Positions 40,183 to 49,814 of a stretch of DNA of 64,000 bases are shown here, one piece after another. The notes under the pieces are model-generated. The model was given only the letters and a program-made list of their open reading frames with translations. It made no database searches and was not told the DNA's origin. Origin of the DNA: Candidatus Nomurabacteria bacterium (GTDB taxonomy: Bacteria > Patescibacteriota > Minisyncoccia > Phycocordibacterales > UBA9973); NCBI GenBank assembly GCA_026396015.1, contig JAPLXP010000003.1:176974-240973 (forward strand), given 5' to 3'. The translations under genes and the position numbers were made by a program. Within the stretch, counting starts at the first letter, position 1, and every line of letters starts with the position of its first letter.

Positions 40183-40202
40183 ACAAAAAAATTATTTGAA
40201 AA

Positions 40203-42212
40203 ATGAAAGTCAAAAAACTTAATCAGTTACCAGCCTGGAAGGCTAGTGCGATCCGTAACTTAAGAAAATACTTAAGATTACATGAAAACCCCCCTGTCCT
40301 TCGCGGGTTACAAATTCCACTTTTCAGTGATGTTATTGACTTTGTGCAAAGTGGTAAGAATGCTGGATATGTCAGTGCTCCTATGGGGACTGGTAAAACA
40401 GTTATTTTTACCGAATTCGCAAATGCACTAAAACAAAGAGTAATTGTTGTCGTTCCATCCATTCTTCTTATTCATCAGACCAGAGAAGAAATTGCTTCAT
40501 TTGCTCCATCGTTACGTGTCGGTCTTCTTTATTCAAAGAAGAAACAATATGATACTGACGTTGTTATTACTACTTATACCTCGTTAGGTATTGGTATCAA
40601 AAATGGAACACTTAAAGTAAAAGACTTTAATTGGCTGATTTTAGATGAAGCTCATGAGAGCTTGTCTGTAAGTCGCCAAAAGGTAGTCAATCGTTTCAAA
40701 CACGCAATCCGTTTAGGTTTTACTGCTTCTGAAAAATATGATGAGGAAAAACAATTGTCAAAATTATTGCCAAATGAAATTCATCGCATCACTATTCTTG
40801 AAGCCGTAGAAAGTGGTTTGCTGTGTCCTTTTTCTGTTGTCATTGCTCAAACTACAACGGATTTATCTAAAGTTGGTTCTGTTAATGGAGATTATGATAA
40901 AAAACAGCTTGAAAAAGCTGTAAACAAGGAGGGGCGAAATCGTTCGGCTGTAGCACTTTATGAGACAACTCCTTTTTATAAGGGTAAATCTTTGATGTGT
41001 CATTGTGTATCTATTGAGCACGCGGAAGCTGTAGCAAGAAAATTTCGTGCCAATGGGTGGCGAGCCGAAGCCGTGCATAGTCAGATTGAAGATGATACTA
41101 GAGGTAAAAGACTTCAAGATTTCTGTTCGGGGAAATTAACGGTACTTTGCAATGTTGATATTCTTACACGAGGATTCAATGCACCTATCGTGAGTATTTG
41201 TTTCAATCTTCGTCCTACTCGTTCGCTTGTAGTCGCTACTCAGAGAGCTCGTAATTTGCGCATAGACAGAAACAATTCAGACAAGTTTGCTGTTGTCGTT
41301 GATTTTGTTGATGCAAATTTTAATCGCTCTAATCCGCCTCTAACTTTTGATAAAGTTGTAGATGGGTCTGCTTTAGTTGTTCCTTCTTTCTGGAAAGATA
41401 ATAAAATTTTTTCAGAAATTTCAAAACAATTGCAACCTGCTATTCCTATAGATGATTTAAAGGTTTATGTTGAAACTAGTGAAGTACTAAGAATTACTGG
41501 AAGTATGCAAAAATGGGAAGAATCAAAGTGGGTTTCCGAAAAAGATATTAAAGATTTGTTCAATCAAAAAGGATGGAAAAACCAAAGAGAATATGATTCT
41601 CAAAGAACTAATTTTGTTGGTTTTCCTCATTCGGTTAATTTTCCTGATGTGTACAAGAAAACATTTGGTGAAGTTGTTTTTGGAAAAAAAGGGCTTAAGG
41701 ATGTCGAATGGCTTTTTGCAGAAGAAATCAAAAAATTATTTTTCGAAAATGATTGGAAAAATCAAAAAGGATACGAAAAAAACAAACCTTCCAATTGCCC
41801 TTCACCTTCAAATTTTCCAAGAATTTATAATACAACATTTAGTGAAATGATGTACGGAAGAAAAAAAGAAGTTAACGGTGTATGGTTGTCAGAAGAACAA
41901 GTTCGTGAACTTTTTTTAAAGGAAAAATGGAAAAATCAAGCTGAATATGACAAAAAAAGACCATCAGGATGTCCAAGCTTTAGTAATTTTAGGAAGTTTT
42001 ATGGAAAACCGTTTAAGGAGGTTATGTATCCTAATGGTAAATGGCCTTCAGAAGTGGATGTAAAAAAACTATTTATCGAAAATAAATGGAAAGATTACAA
42101 AGAATATAATAAAAATAAACCAAAAAATTATCCTTATTCTTTTCATTTCCCTGATATTTACAAAAAAACCTTCAATCAACTTGTTGGAGGAGAGTATAGA
42201 AAACATCTTTAA
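40203..42212 (+). CDS. SF2 DEAH helicase with four C-terminal ~57-aa repeats
   Basis: APMGTGKT, DEAH, TAS, LTRGFN, degenerate motif VI QRARNLR; repeats W..E..IK.LF....WKNQ..Y...P....NF...Y...F. Confidence 0.85.
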   Translation: MKVKKLNQLPAWKASAIRNLRKYLRLHENPPVLRGLQIPLFSDVIDFVQSGKNAGYVSAPMGTGKTVIFTEFANALKQRVIVVVPSILLIHQTREEIASFAPSLRVGLLYSKKKQYDTDVVITTYTSLGIGIKNGTLKVKDFNWLILDEAHESLSVSRQKVVNRFKHAIRLGFTASEKYDEEKQLSKLLPNEIHRITILEAVESGLLCPFSVVIAQTTTDLSKVGSVNGDYDKKQLEKAVNKEGRNRSAVALYETTPFYKGKSLMCHCVSIEHAEAVARKFRANGWRAEAVHSQIEDDTRGKRLQDFCSGKLTVLCNVDILTRGFNAPIVSICFNLRPTRSLVVATQRARNLRIDRNNSDKFAVVVDFVDANFNRSNPPLTFDKVVDGSALVVPSFWKDNKIFSEISKQLQPAIPIDDLKVYVETSEVLRITGSMQKWEESKWVSEKDIKDLFNQKGWKNQREYDSQRTNFVGFPHSVNFPDVYKKTFGEVVFGKKGLKDVEWLFAEEIKKLFFENDWKNQKGYEKNKPSNCPSPSNFPRIYNTTFSEMMYGRKKEVNGVWLSEEQVRELFLKEKWKNQAEYDKKRPSGCPSFSNFRKFYGKPFKEVMYPNGKWPSEVDVKKLFIENKWKDYKEYNKNKPKNYPYSFHFPDIYKKTFNQLVGGEYRKHL

Positions 42213-42304
42213 AATTTTCACCTTCCACAAACACAGAGCGATAAAATGCTTTTGTGAATCACAAAAGAGCAGAATCAACGAAGTTGATTCTGCTCTTTCT
42301 TTTT
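42210..42304 (+). repeat. Structured 3' element/terminator, copy 1
   Basis: Homologous to 44259-44360. Confidence 0.8.
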
Positions 42305-42306
42305 GC

Positions 42307-42336
42307 TTGACAATGTGTGTATTTTTATGATATAAT
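42307..42336 (+). promoter_or_regulatory. Promoter of helicase 2
   Basis: TTGACA-18 nt-TATAAT with extended -10 TG. Confidence 0.72.
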
Positions 42337-42362
42337 ACTTAAAAATTAACAACTAAATATAA

Positions 42363-44261
42363 ATGAAAATAAAACTTTATGATTATCAAGAAATTGCCTA
42401 TCAGAAGGTAATACAGGCACTCAATAGTGCGGGTATCGCTCTGATGGTTATGGCAACTGGATTAGGTAAGACAATCGTATCAGCTCTGATAGCTCGATTC
42501 TTTTTGTCTTCTGGATCTGGTAAGCGCATTCTCTTTCTTTCCCATGATAATGGCATTCTAGAACAATCTTATCTGAAATATAAATTAATTTTAGGTAACG
42601 AATATTCTTATGCTCGTTTTTTTGGTAAAAAGAAAAATTGGAATGCAGATAAACATGATATTGTTTTTGCTACATTCCAATCCAAGCCGCATAAATTTTT
42701 TAAAGCGGACCACTTCGACTTTATTATTGTTGATGAGAGTCACCACAGTAAGGCTGATACTTATTTCTCTACATTAAATTATTTTACTCCTGTATGGAAG
42801 CTCGGTATGACTGCGACTCCTGATCGTGAAGATGAACGAGATATTCGTTCTATCTTTGGAAAAGAAGTTGTTACTTATGATCTTTCTGAGGCCATGGCAA
42901 ATGGTTGGCTGACACCTGTTGAATACAAGATTCTCAGTGATGGTATGGATTTAGCGATGCTTGAAGAAATTTGCCAAGAGGTATTAGTCGAAAATGTGCG
43001 TATATCTGAAAGTCAGCTCAATGAACGAATATTTATTCGTACGAGGAGTGATGAGCAGTGTAAACAGATTTTAGATTATACTAAAAATGGTTTAAAGGCT
43101 ATCGTGTTTTGTGCAAACATTACACACCTAGAACACATTATGGAGCTATTACCGAATAGTGTTGCCGTTCATTCTGGACGTACTGATGACGAGAATGATG
43201 AAGCAGAAATAATGTACCGTACTGGAAAAGCCTCCCATATACTCGTTGTAGATAAATACAATGAAGGGAAGGATTTACCTGATACTGATGTCCTTGTTTT
43301 TCTTCGTACTACTGATTCATACCGTATCTGGGTTCAACAGCTTGGACGCGGGCTACGCCTATTTCCTGGAAAAGATAAAGTTATTATTCTGGATTTTGTT
43401 GCAAACATTGAACGTGTAAAAAATGTTCATAGTTTTGCAATGCAGGTAAAAGAATATGGAGGAGGTGGAATAAATCAGGAATTCAAACTTGATACACCTC
43501 TTCATCTTGAAGGAAAAAACTTTAGCTTTGATTTCAGTTCAGAATTGGTAAATCTTATGTCTGTGTTTGAAAAGGTTAGTTTGAATTGTTATGCAAATTG
43601 GAAAGAAGCATCGAATGCTGCGATCAATCTTGGTATCACAAAACAAGAAGAATATCGTGCTTATTATAAGCAAGATATTAGACTACCCAGTGCTCCTGAA
43701 CAAGTCTACTCTGATTTTCCAGGATATAAAGTATTCTTAGGTGGAGTTTCTAAGGACTATTATCTAACTTGGCAAGAAGCCTCAATTGCTTCGATTAAAC
43801 TTGGTATTAAAACACAAGATCAATACCATAAGGATTATATGAATGATCCTAGATTGCCTTCACAAATAAATACTTTTTATCCTAATTTCCCAGGTTCAAA
43901 AGTTTTTTTTGGGGGAGTTGAAAAAGATTATTATTTAACCTTAAAAGAAGCACAAGAAGCAGCTAAAAAGTTGGGTATAAAAACCTACAAAGAGTATTCA
44001 AAAAGATACAAAGAGGATCCTAAGTTGCCATCTGTTCCAGGAAGATTTTATTCAGACTATGTAAGTTTTGATTTATTTATCGGCTCAGATTATTATTCAA
44101 CATGGCAAGAAGCTTCCGATTCTGTTAAAAAATTGAATATTTGTACTAGGGCAGATTACCAAAGAAAACAATTTTATAAAAAAGATTTAAGACTCCATTC
44201 AAATCCAGATATGTATTACAAAGATTTTCCAGACTGGCAAAATTTTTTAGGAAAAGAGTAA
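42363..44261 (+). CDS. SF2 DExH helicase with four C-terminal integrase-repeat-like units
   Basis: MATGLGKT, DESH, TATP, EGKDLP, QQLGRGLR; repeats YY.TW.EA..A..KLGI.T..EY...YK.DP.LPS.P...Y.DF.....FLG. Confidence 0.87.
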   Translation: MKIKLYDYQEIAYQKVIQALNSAGIALMVMATGLGKTIVSALIARFFLSSGSGKRILFLSHDNGILEQSYLKYKLILGNEYSYARFFGKKKNWNADKHDIVFATFQSKPHKFFKADHFDFIIVDESHHSKADTYFSTLNYFTPVWKLGMTATPDREDERDIRSIFGKEVVTYDLSEAMANGWLTPVEYKILSDGMDLAMLEEICQEVLVENVRISESQLNERIFIRTRSDEQCKQILDYTKNGLKAIVFCANITHLEHIMELLPNSVAVHSGRTDDENDEAEIMYRTGKASHILVVDKYNEGKDLPDTDVLVFLRTTDSYRIWVQQLGRGLRLFPGKDKVIILDFVANIERVKNVHSFAMQVKEYGGGGINQEFKLDTPLHLEGKNFSFDFSSELVNLMSVFEKVSLNCYANWKEASNAAINLGITKQEEYRAYYKQDIRLPSAPEQVYSDFPGYKVFLGGVSKDYYLTWQEASIASIKLGIKTQDQYHKDYMNDPRLPSQINTFYPNFPGSKVFFGGVEKDYYLTLKEAQEAAKKLGIKTYKEYSKRYKEDPKLPSVPGRFYSDYVSFDLFIGSDYYSTWQEASDSVKKLNICTRADYQRKQFYKKDLRLHSNPDMYYKDFPDWQNFLGKE

Positions 44262-44360
44262 AATTTTCATTTGTACTTTCTAAAACACAGAGCAATAAAT
44301 TGCTTTTGTGATTCACAAAAAAGCATAATCAACTTCGTTGATTATGCTTTTTCTTTTTTT
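44259..44360 (+). repeat. Structured 3' element/terminator, copy 2
   Basis: Homologous to 42210-42304 with compensatory stem changes. Confidence 0.8.
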
Positions 44361-44435
44361 TAAAATTTTATACCTATTTACAAAAATATTTAGATATTGT
44401 AATGTAAAAAGAAACTAAAGAAAGGAAAATTAAAT

Positions 44436-45179
44436 ATGAAAAAATCATTAATTATTAAAACAGAAAGCAATTTCGTAAGAGAGTTGTTATTGCTACTCAA
44501 GTATTATGATTGCTTAACAGAAGCAGATGAAATTCTTTCTCAAATAGGAGGGGTTGGAAGGAGAGAGGAATATCTTGATGCTGGAGACGAAAAACCTTCT
44601 TTGTTCCGTAGTAATGTAGATATGGACTTAGAGCCATTTGTGCTTGAAGCTATTTTGCTAAATCAAATTAAAAAATCAGATTTTTTTTCTGTAGAAATTA
44701 AGTTCAACTACAAGAATTCTAATAAAATTTTAAATGAACTTGATTCTAAGACTGAATTTACTGGAATTGGGGACGTAGAAGATTTTCTTGGTATTAATAA
44801 TTTTTCATTAGAAATTGAAACTAAGGAGGTATTTTTTATTCCTATAATAAGGACAAAAAATATTAAGGATATTAAAAAATTTATTTCAGATAAAGGCTTC
44901 GAGCCTCTTGGTACATTTGAATTACTTTCTTATCTTGGTTATGTTCATTCACTTAGGAAAAAATCAAATTGGGAAAAATCTCAAAAACTCCTACCTAAAG
45001 CTTTCCATGGAAAGGGTGTACCTATAATTGCTATACGTGATATTTTACTTAGAAGTCATAAGCAATCATATCAAAAATCAGTATTACTTTCTGCTCAGAA
45101 TCTTTATCACATCAGAGTAAGAAGTTCTGCTGGAGGATTCAATAAAATCGTTTATGTTATCTGTGAGAAAAAGAAATAA
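44436..45179 (+). CDS. Hypothetical protein
   Basis: 247-aa AT-rich ORF followed by a terminator at 45177-45218; no motif recognised. Confidence 0.6.
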   Translation: MKKSLIIKTESNFVRELLLLLKYYDCLTEADEILSQIGGVGRREEYLDAGDEKPSLFRSNVDMDLEPFVLEAILLNQIKKSDFFSVEIKFNYKNSNKILNELDSKTEFTGIGDVEDFLGINNFSLEIETKEVFFIPIIRTKNIKDIKKFISDKGFEPLGTFELLSYLGYVHSLRKKSNWEKSQKLLPKAFHGKGVPIIAIRDILLRSHKQSYQKSVLLSAQNLYHIRVRSSAGGFNKIVYVICEKKK

Positions 45180-45223
45180 AATAAAGCCACTATTATTAAT
45201 TAATGGTGGCTTATTTTTTCTAT

Positions 45224-45946
45224 TTAAACTAATTTTCCTAAATGATATCTTAAAGTATATATCCAATCTTCGTCGTCTGGATCGCTGGTTTCTTTTTGAT
45301 TGAGGAACCATTCGAGGTATCCACGGTCGATGCGGGCTACGTCGGCTACAGATTTGCCAGAGTGTTTTCCAAAAGAGAACATACTCATGAGTGATGGCTT
45401 TGATGATATCTCGATCATCTCAGCGTAGGCACCCTCGTCGTCTGTATTTTTTTCTTTCTTTATCTTTTCTACTAGTCTCTCAAAAAGTTTTTCCAGTACG
45501 AGTACATCACCGAGTGCATCGTGGGCCTGAGCCTCGATGTCGATATCTAAAAAGTATCGTAGATATTGGAGCTTGTGCTGGGGGATCTTGCCATCTTTAT
45601 CGAGTGCTCGCACTACGCGGAGTGTGCAGATAGTATGCGCAGGTACGATGCCTTCTTTCTTGATCATTCCTATATCAAATTTTGCATTGTGGGCTACCAT
45701 GATAGTATCGCCGTCCTCGAGCATTGATTTGATATTTTTATAATCATTACTTTCCTTGAATGATGGCTTGTCCGCCACCATCTTGTTTGATATATGCGTT
45801 ACAGCAGACGCTTCGGGTGGGATCTTCATCCCTGGATTATAAAGTTCGCAGAATATCTCGTCACCAGTTTTATAAGCTAGCTGACACAGAAGGTCTGTCG
45901 CATTTATACCTGTAGTCTCAGTATCTAAAAATACAATTTTTTTCAT
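45224..45946 (-). CDS. DEDDh 3'-5' exonuclease (ExoX-like)
   Basis: LDTETTG, AHNAKFD, AHDALGDV, C-terminal FGKHSG...DRGYLEW. Confidence 0.88.
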   Translation of the reverse strand: MKKIVFLDTETTGINATDLLCQLAYKTGDEIFCELYNPGMKIPPEASAVTHISNKMVADKPSFKESNDYKNIKSMLEDGDTIMVAHNAKFDIGMIKKEGIVPAHTICTLRVVRALDKDGKIPQHKLQYLRYFLDIDIEAQAHDALGDVLVLEKLFERLVEKIKKEKNTDDEGAYAEMIEISSKPSLMSMFSFGKHSGKSVADVARIDRGYLEWFLNQKETSDPDDEDWIYTLRYHLGKLV

Positions 45947-45998
45947 GCATTTATTTTATCACAATATGCGCCATCAAAATAGCTTCCATTAAAGTGTA

Positions 45999-46137
45999 AT
46001 TAAAATAGTCCTTGAAAAAAGTCTTGCGCAGGAACTTAGAAAATAAATGAGTTTACGAGTATTATTTTCTTGAGTGACGAGCAGAGAAATTTTCTACCAA
46101 GAAAATATTCGTGCTTTTTGAGAGGAGCTATTTTAAT
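45999..46137 (+). repeat. Modular palindromic repeat, copy D
   Basis: AAAAGTCTTGCGCAGG-AGAAAATAAATGAGTTTACGA...TTATTTTCT-GAGCAGAGAAATTTT...ATATTCGTGCTTTTTGAG. Confidence 0.85.
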
Positions 46138-46190
46138 GGAACTCACAATCCTCATTTCACTTTGAGGCTCGTTTTTGCTATACTTTATTT

Positions 46191-46640
46191 ATGTTACACG
46201 AAGAAATAAAAGGGGAAATAAAGAATGCCATGATGGCAAAGGATACTGTTAAATTAAACGTAGTACGTGGTCTAGTGACTGCTTTTATGAATGATGCAGT
46301 TTCAAAAGGCAAGACTCCACAAGATTTTTTGTCTGATGAAGATGCTCTCGCAGTCATCACTCGTACAGCAAAGCAACGTAAAGATGCTATCGAGCAATTC
46401 ATAGCTGGTGGCCGCCAAGACCTAGCAGACGAGGATCGTGCGCAGCTTGCAATTCTAGAAAAATATTTACCAACATTGATGAGCGAGGAAGAGGTTTCAA
46501 AAGTCGCTATCGCTAAAAAAGAAGAACTAGCGATAACTGATCCTACAAAAAAAGGAATGCTAATGGCTGCAATCATGAAGGATCTAAAAGGTAAGGCTGA
46601 TGGTACTGTGGTGAAAAATGTCGTTGATCGTTTGTTTTAA
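46191..46640 (+). CDS. GatB/YqeY domain protein
   Basis: AMMAKD, KQRKDAIEQF..GGRQDLA, YLP, GKADG. Confidence 0.9.
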   Translation: MLHEEIKGEIKNAMMAKDTVKLNVVRGLVTAFMNDAVSKGKTPQDFLSDEDALAVITRTAKQRKDAIEQFIAGGRQDLADEDRAQLAILEKYLPTLMSEEEVSKVAIAKKEELAITDPTKKGMLMAAIMKDLKGKADGTVVKNVVDRLF

Positions 46641-46662
46641 AAATTAATTTAAAAATATATTT

Positions 46663-47007
46663 ATGCGAATTATTGCACATTGGATTATCCTATCTATAGC
46701 AGTCTGGGCTACGACTCGTTTTGTTGATGGTGTTACTATTGACCCTGTATGGGTTGCTGCTGTTGTGGGTGCCTGTCTCACATTGTTCAACATGTTCCTA
46801 CGCCCTGTTATAAACATCCTGACATTGCCGTTGAATTTTGCTACTCTTGGTTTCTTTGCTCTTGTAATAAATGGTTTGATCTTCTGGTACCTAGGTACTA
46901 TCATCAAAGGTTTTCATGTAGAGGGGTTCTATGCTGCATTTGCTGGGGCTCTAGTTGTCTCAGTCCTCAACTGGCTAATCACAAAGGTCCTACGTACAGA
47001 TATGTAA
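46663..47007 (+). CDS. 4-TM YvlD-like (phage-holin superfamily) membrane protein
   Basis: LRPVINILTLPLNFATLGFFALVING. Confidence 0.85.
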   Translation: MRIIAHWIILSIAVWATTRFVDGVTIDPVWVAAVVGACLTLFNMFLRPVINILTLPLNFATLGFFALVINGLIFWYLGTIIKGFHVEGFYAAFAGALVVSVLNWLITKVLRTDM

Positions 47008-47010
47008 TAT

Positions 47011-47631
47011 ATGTTGTCTATTCGACTTATCGAGCACTTTGTAGAAACACACGCATTTTATGCTTATATTTTTGTGTTCCTGGGTGTACTAATAGAGGGG
47101 GAAGTTGCCGTCATTCTGGCAGGTATCTTTGCTCATCTTGGATCGATAAATCCTTTTATTGGTTTATTCTGTATTATTTTGGGTGGTGGGTTGCGTTCTG
47201 TGTTGGGATACGCTGTTGGAGATTATTTGAATCGCAAACATTCACATCGTCCTATTCTTTTAAAAATTGAACGCAAAATATCATATTTCCTCCCGCGTTT
47301 TACAGAGCGTCCTTTTTGGTCCATTTTTGTTTCTCGTTTTTTTATCCTAGGACTTCACTGGTTCACTATCGTATATTCTGGATATAAGAGTATAAATAAA
47401 AAACTTTATATGAAAGCAGAATTATCTTCTCTAATTATCTGGTCTGTTGGAGTTATGTCTTTGGGATATTTCTTTTCATTAGCGGCACTTTCTGTTAGTC
47501 ACGATCTGCGTAAATTCCTGGGTATTATACTCCTTTGTTTTATTGGATTCTTTTTGATTGAAAAAGCTATTGCTCTGGCTATTGAAATTATCGGTGATAT
47601 ATACGATACTGAAGGTAATCATAAAATATAA
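47011..47631 (+). CDS. DedA family membrane protein
   Basis: IEGE..VILAG, GYAVG, SRF. Confidence 0.78.
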   Translation: MLSIRLIEHFVETHAFYAYIFVFLGVLIEGEVAVILAGIFAHLGSINPFIGLFCIILGGGLRSVLGYAVGDYLNRKHSHRPILLKIERKISYFLPRFTERPFWSIFVSRFFILGLHWFTIVYSGYKSINKKLYMKAELSSLIIWSVGVMSLGYFFSLAALSVSHDLRKFLGIILLCFIGFFLIEKAIALAIEIIGDIYDTEGNHKI

Positions 47632-47636
47632 ACTAT

Positions 47637-48548
47637 ATGCTAAATTTTTTAAACATCTTTAATAAAAAGAAAACAATAATCGTCACACACAATGCTACTT
47701 TTCATGCTGATGATATTTTTTCTTGCGCGACACTATCTATCATGCTCGAGAGCGAGGGCAAGTCTGTTCGTATAATCCGTACTCGTGATCAGAATAAGAT
47801 TGATTTTGCAGATTACGTAGTAGATGTAGGCGGAATACATGACCCATCAAAGAATCGCTTTGATCATCATCAAAAGGGTGGTGCTGGAATGCGTGATAAT
47901 GAAGTTCCTTATGCTGCATTTGGATTGGTCTGGAAAGCTTATGGGGAAAAAGTCTGTGGAGATAAAATAGTAGCTCAAAGAATAGAAGAAAAATTAGTAC
48001 AGGGTATAGATGCCAATGATAATGGTATCGATACTTTTGAATTGAAAGGTGAGGCTATGCCTTATACTATTCAGGACTTGTTCTACTCATTCCGTCCAAG
48101 CTACACAGAAGAATTGGATTACGATGTCAGATTTTTAAAATTGGTAGACTTAGCAAAAGAAGTTCTACTAAGAGAAATAAAAAAGAATAGCGATCTGTTG
48201 AAAGCTTCAGATATCGTGAAGCGCGCTTATGCGAATTCTGAAGACAAGAGATTTGTAATACTCGATGGTTTTTATCCATGGGGTGAGACATTGATCGAAT
48301 ACCCGAGTGTGTTGTATGTAGTATTTCCAAAGCTTGATACTTGGCGAGTGGAGTGCATGAGAAAAGATAAATTCTCTTTCGAAAACAAGAAGCCATTACC
48401 AGCCTCTTGGGCAGGAAAGCGTGACCTAGAATTGGCAGCAGCTACTGGTGTAAAAGATGTGACTTTCTGTCACAATGGACGTTTTATGATTGTCGCTCGT
48501 ACAAAGGTGGCAGCACTAGAATTAGTTCAAAAAGCATTGGCGGAATAA
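47637..48548 (+). CDS. MYG1 family exonuclease
   Basis: THNATFHADD, RTRD, DVGG, FDHHQ, FCHNGRF. Confidence 0.9.
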   Translation: MLNFLNIFNKKKTIIVTHNATFHADDIFSCATLSIMLESEGKSVRIIRTRDQNKIDFADYVVDVGGIHDPSKNRFDHHQKGGAGMRDNEVPYAAFGLVWKAYGEKVCGDKIVAQRIEEKLVQGIDANDNGIDTFELKGEAMPYTIQDLFYSFRPSYTEELDYDVRFLKLVDLAKEVLLREIKKNSDLLKASDIVKRAYANSEDKRFVILDGFYPWGETLIEYPSVLYVVFPKLDTWRVECMRKDKFSFENKKPLPASWAGKRDLELAAATGVKDVTFCHNGRFMIVARTKVAALELVQKALAE

Positions 48549-48609
48549 TCATCCGTGACAAATTCAAAAAATCGTGCTATATTAACGAAGCTATACAAAA
48601 TAGACTATT

Positions 48610-49581
48610 ATGTTCATAGATGAAATTACAATTGAAGCAAAGGCAGGCCGCGGTGGAGACGGGGTTGTTCGCTGGCGTCGTGAAAAATACATCGACAAAG
48701 GAGGTCCAAATGGTGGCGACGGAGGACGCGGTGCTGATATATTTGCTATTGCTGTTCAGGATATTCATCTTCTATCTAAATACAAGAATAAGAGAAAGTT
48801 TGAATCCGATCGTGGTGATGATGGAGAGGGCGGAAGTCGTCAAGGTTCAAGTGGAGAAACTCTCTATATAGAATTCCCTGTTGGATCAATCATAACAAAT
48901 GTCGAGAGTGGTGCATCTGTATCACTCGAGACTGTAGGTCAAAAGGAACTCCTGTTGAAGGGTGGCCCTGGTGGTTATGGTAATGAACAATTCAAGAGTA
49001 GTATTAATGTCACTCCGACTACAGCTACAAAAGGTAAGCCCGGAGAAGAAGGGCATTTTCATATTGAGCTCGAACTATTCGCAGACATTGGTCTAGTGGG
49101 TCTTCCTAATGCAGGTAAGTCTTCAATGCTCAATGCAATGACAAATGCCAAGGCAAAGATCGGTTCATACCAATTCACAACACTCGATCCAAACCTCGGA
49201 GATTTTTATGGATACATCATTGCTGATATTCCAGGTCTTATCGAAGGTGCTTCAGAGGGGAAGGGGTTGGGTGTAAAATTCCTAAAGCATATCAAACGTA
49301 CAAAGATGCTCGCGCATCTTGTGTCTTTTGAAAATGAAGACATGATGAAGACATACAATGAGATCCGTAATGAGCTCGCTTCATATGATGAAGAATTGAT
49401 CAATAAAGATGAAGTGATAATCCTGACCAAAACTGACGCAGTAGAAGATCAGAAAGTTATCGAGAAGATGAAGAAGCAATTCGAGAAGCTCGGCAAGCCA
49501 GTATTCACAATGTCCCTATACGATGATGCTTCGGTGAAGCATGTCAGTGATGAGTTGGTAAAAATTTTAAATAAGAAATAG
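48610..49581 (+). CDS. obgE: GTPase Obg
   Basis: FIDE, GGPNGGDGGRG, VGLPNAGKSS, FTTL, DIPGLIEGA, TKTD. Confidence 0.96.
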   Translation: MFIDEITIEAKAGRGGDGVVRWRREKYIDKGGPNGGDGGRGADIFAIAVQDIHLLSKYKNKRKFESDRGDDGEGGSRQGSSGETLYIEFPVGSIITNVESGASVSLETVGQKELLLKGGPGGYGNEQFKSSINVTPTTATKGKPGEEGHFHIELELFADIGLVGLPNAGKSSMLNAMTNAKAKIGSYQFTTLDPNLGDFYGYIIADIPGLIEGASEGKGLGVKFLKHIKRTKMLAHLVSFENEDMMKTYNEIRNELASYDEELINKDEVIILTKTDAVEDQKVIEKMKKQFEKLGKPVFTMSLYDDASVKHVSDELVKILNKK

Positions 49582-49732
49582 TAGGAGGGAATCTCTCCTT
49601 ACAGGAGCCGTACATCTTTTCCATTCGCAAGCTCATACGGAAAATATTTTCGCTCCCTCCACACAAGCAAAGCAGTTTGCTTGCTATGGGGCACATATTA
49701 AAAAAACCGCATAAAGCGGTTTTTTTAATATG

Positions 49733-49805
49733 TGCCCCATGGAGGGATCGAACCTCCGACCGTCTCCTTAAGAGGGAGCTGCTCTACCAGCTGAGCTAAC
49801 AGGGC
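49733..49805 (-). tRNA. tRNA-Lys(CTT)
   Basis: TAGCTCAGCTGGTAGAGC D-arm, CTCC-CTCTTAA-GGAG, GGTTCGATCCC. Confidence 0.9.
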
Positions 49806-49814
49806 ATAACGAAT

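Noticed and set aside
40203-44261. Helicases as type I/III restriction subunits
   Set aside because: No methyltransferase or specificity gene adjacent and no PD-(D/E)XK, HNH or PLD motif recognised
46663-47007. Holin as a sign of prophage
   Set aside because: YvlD-like family is commonly chromosomal; neighbours are housekeeping genes and no phage genes are present
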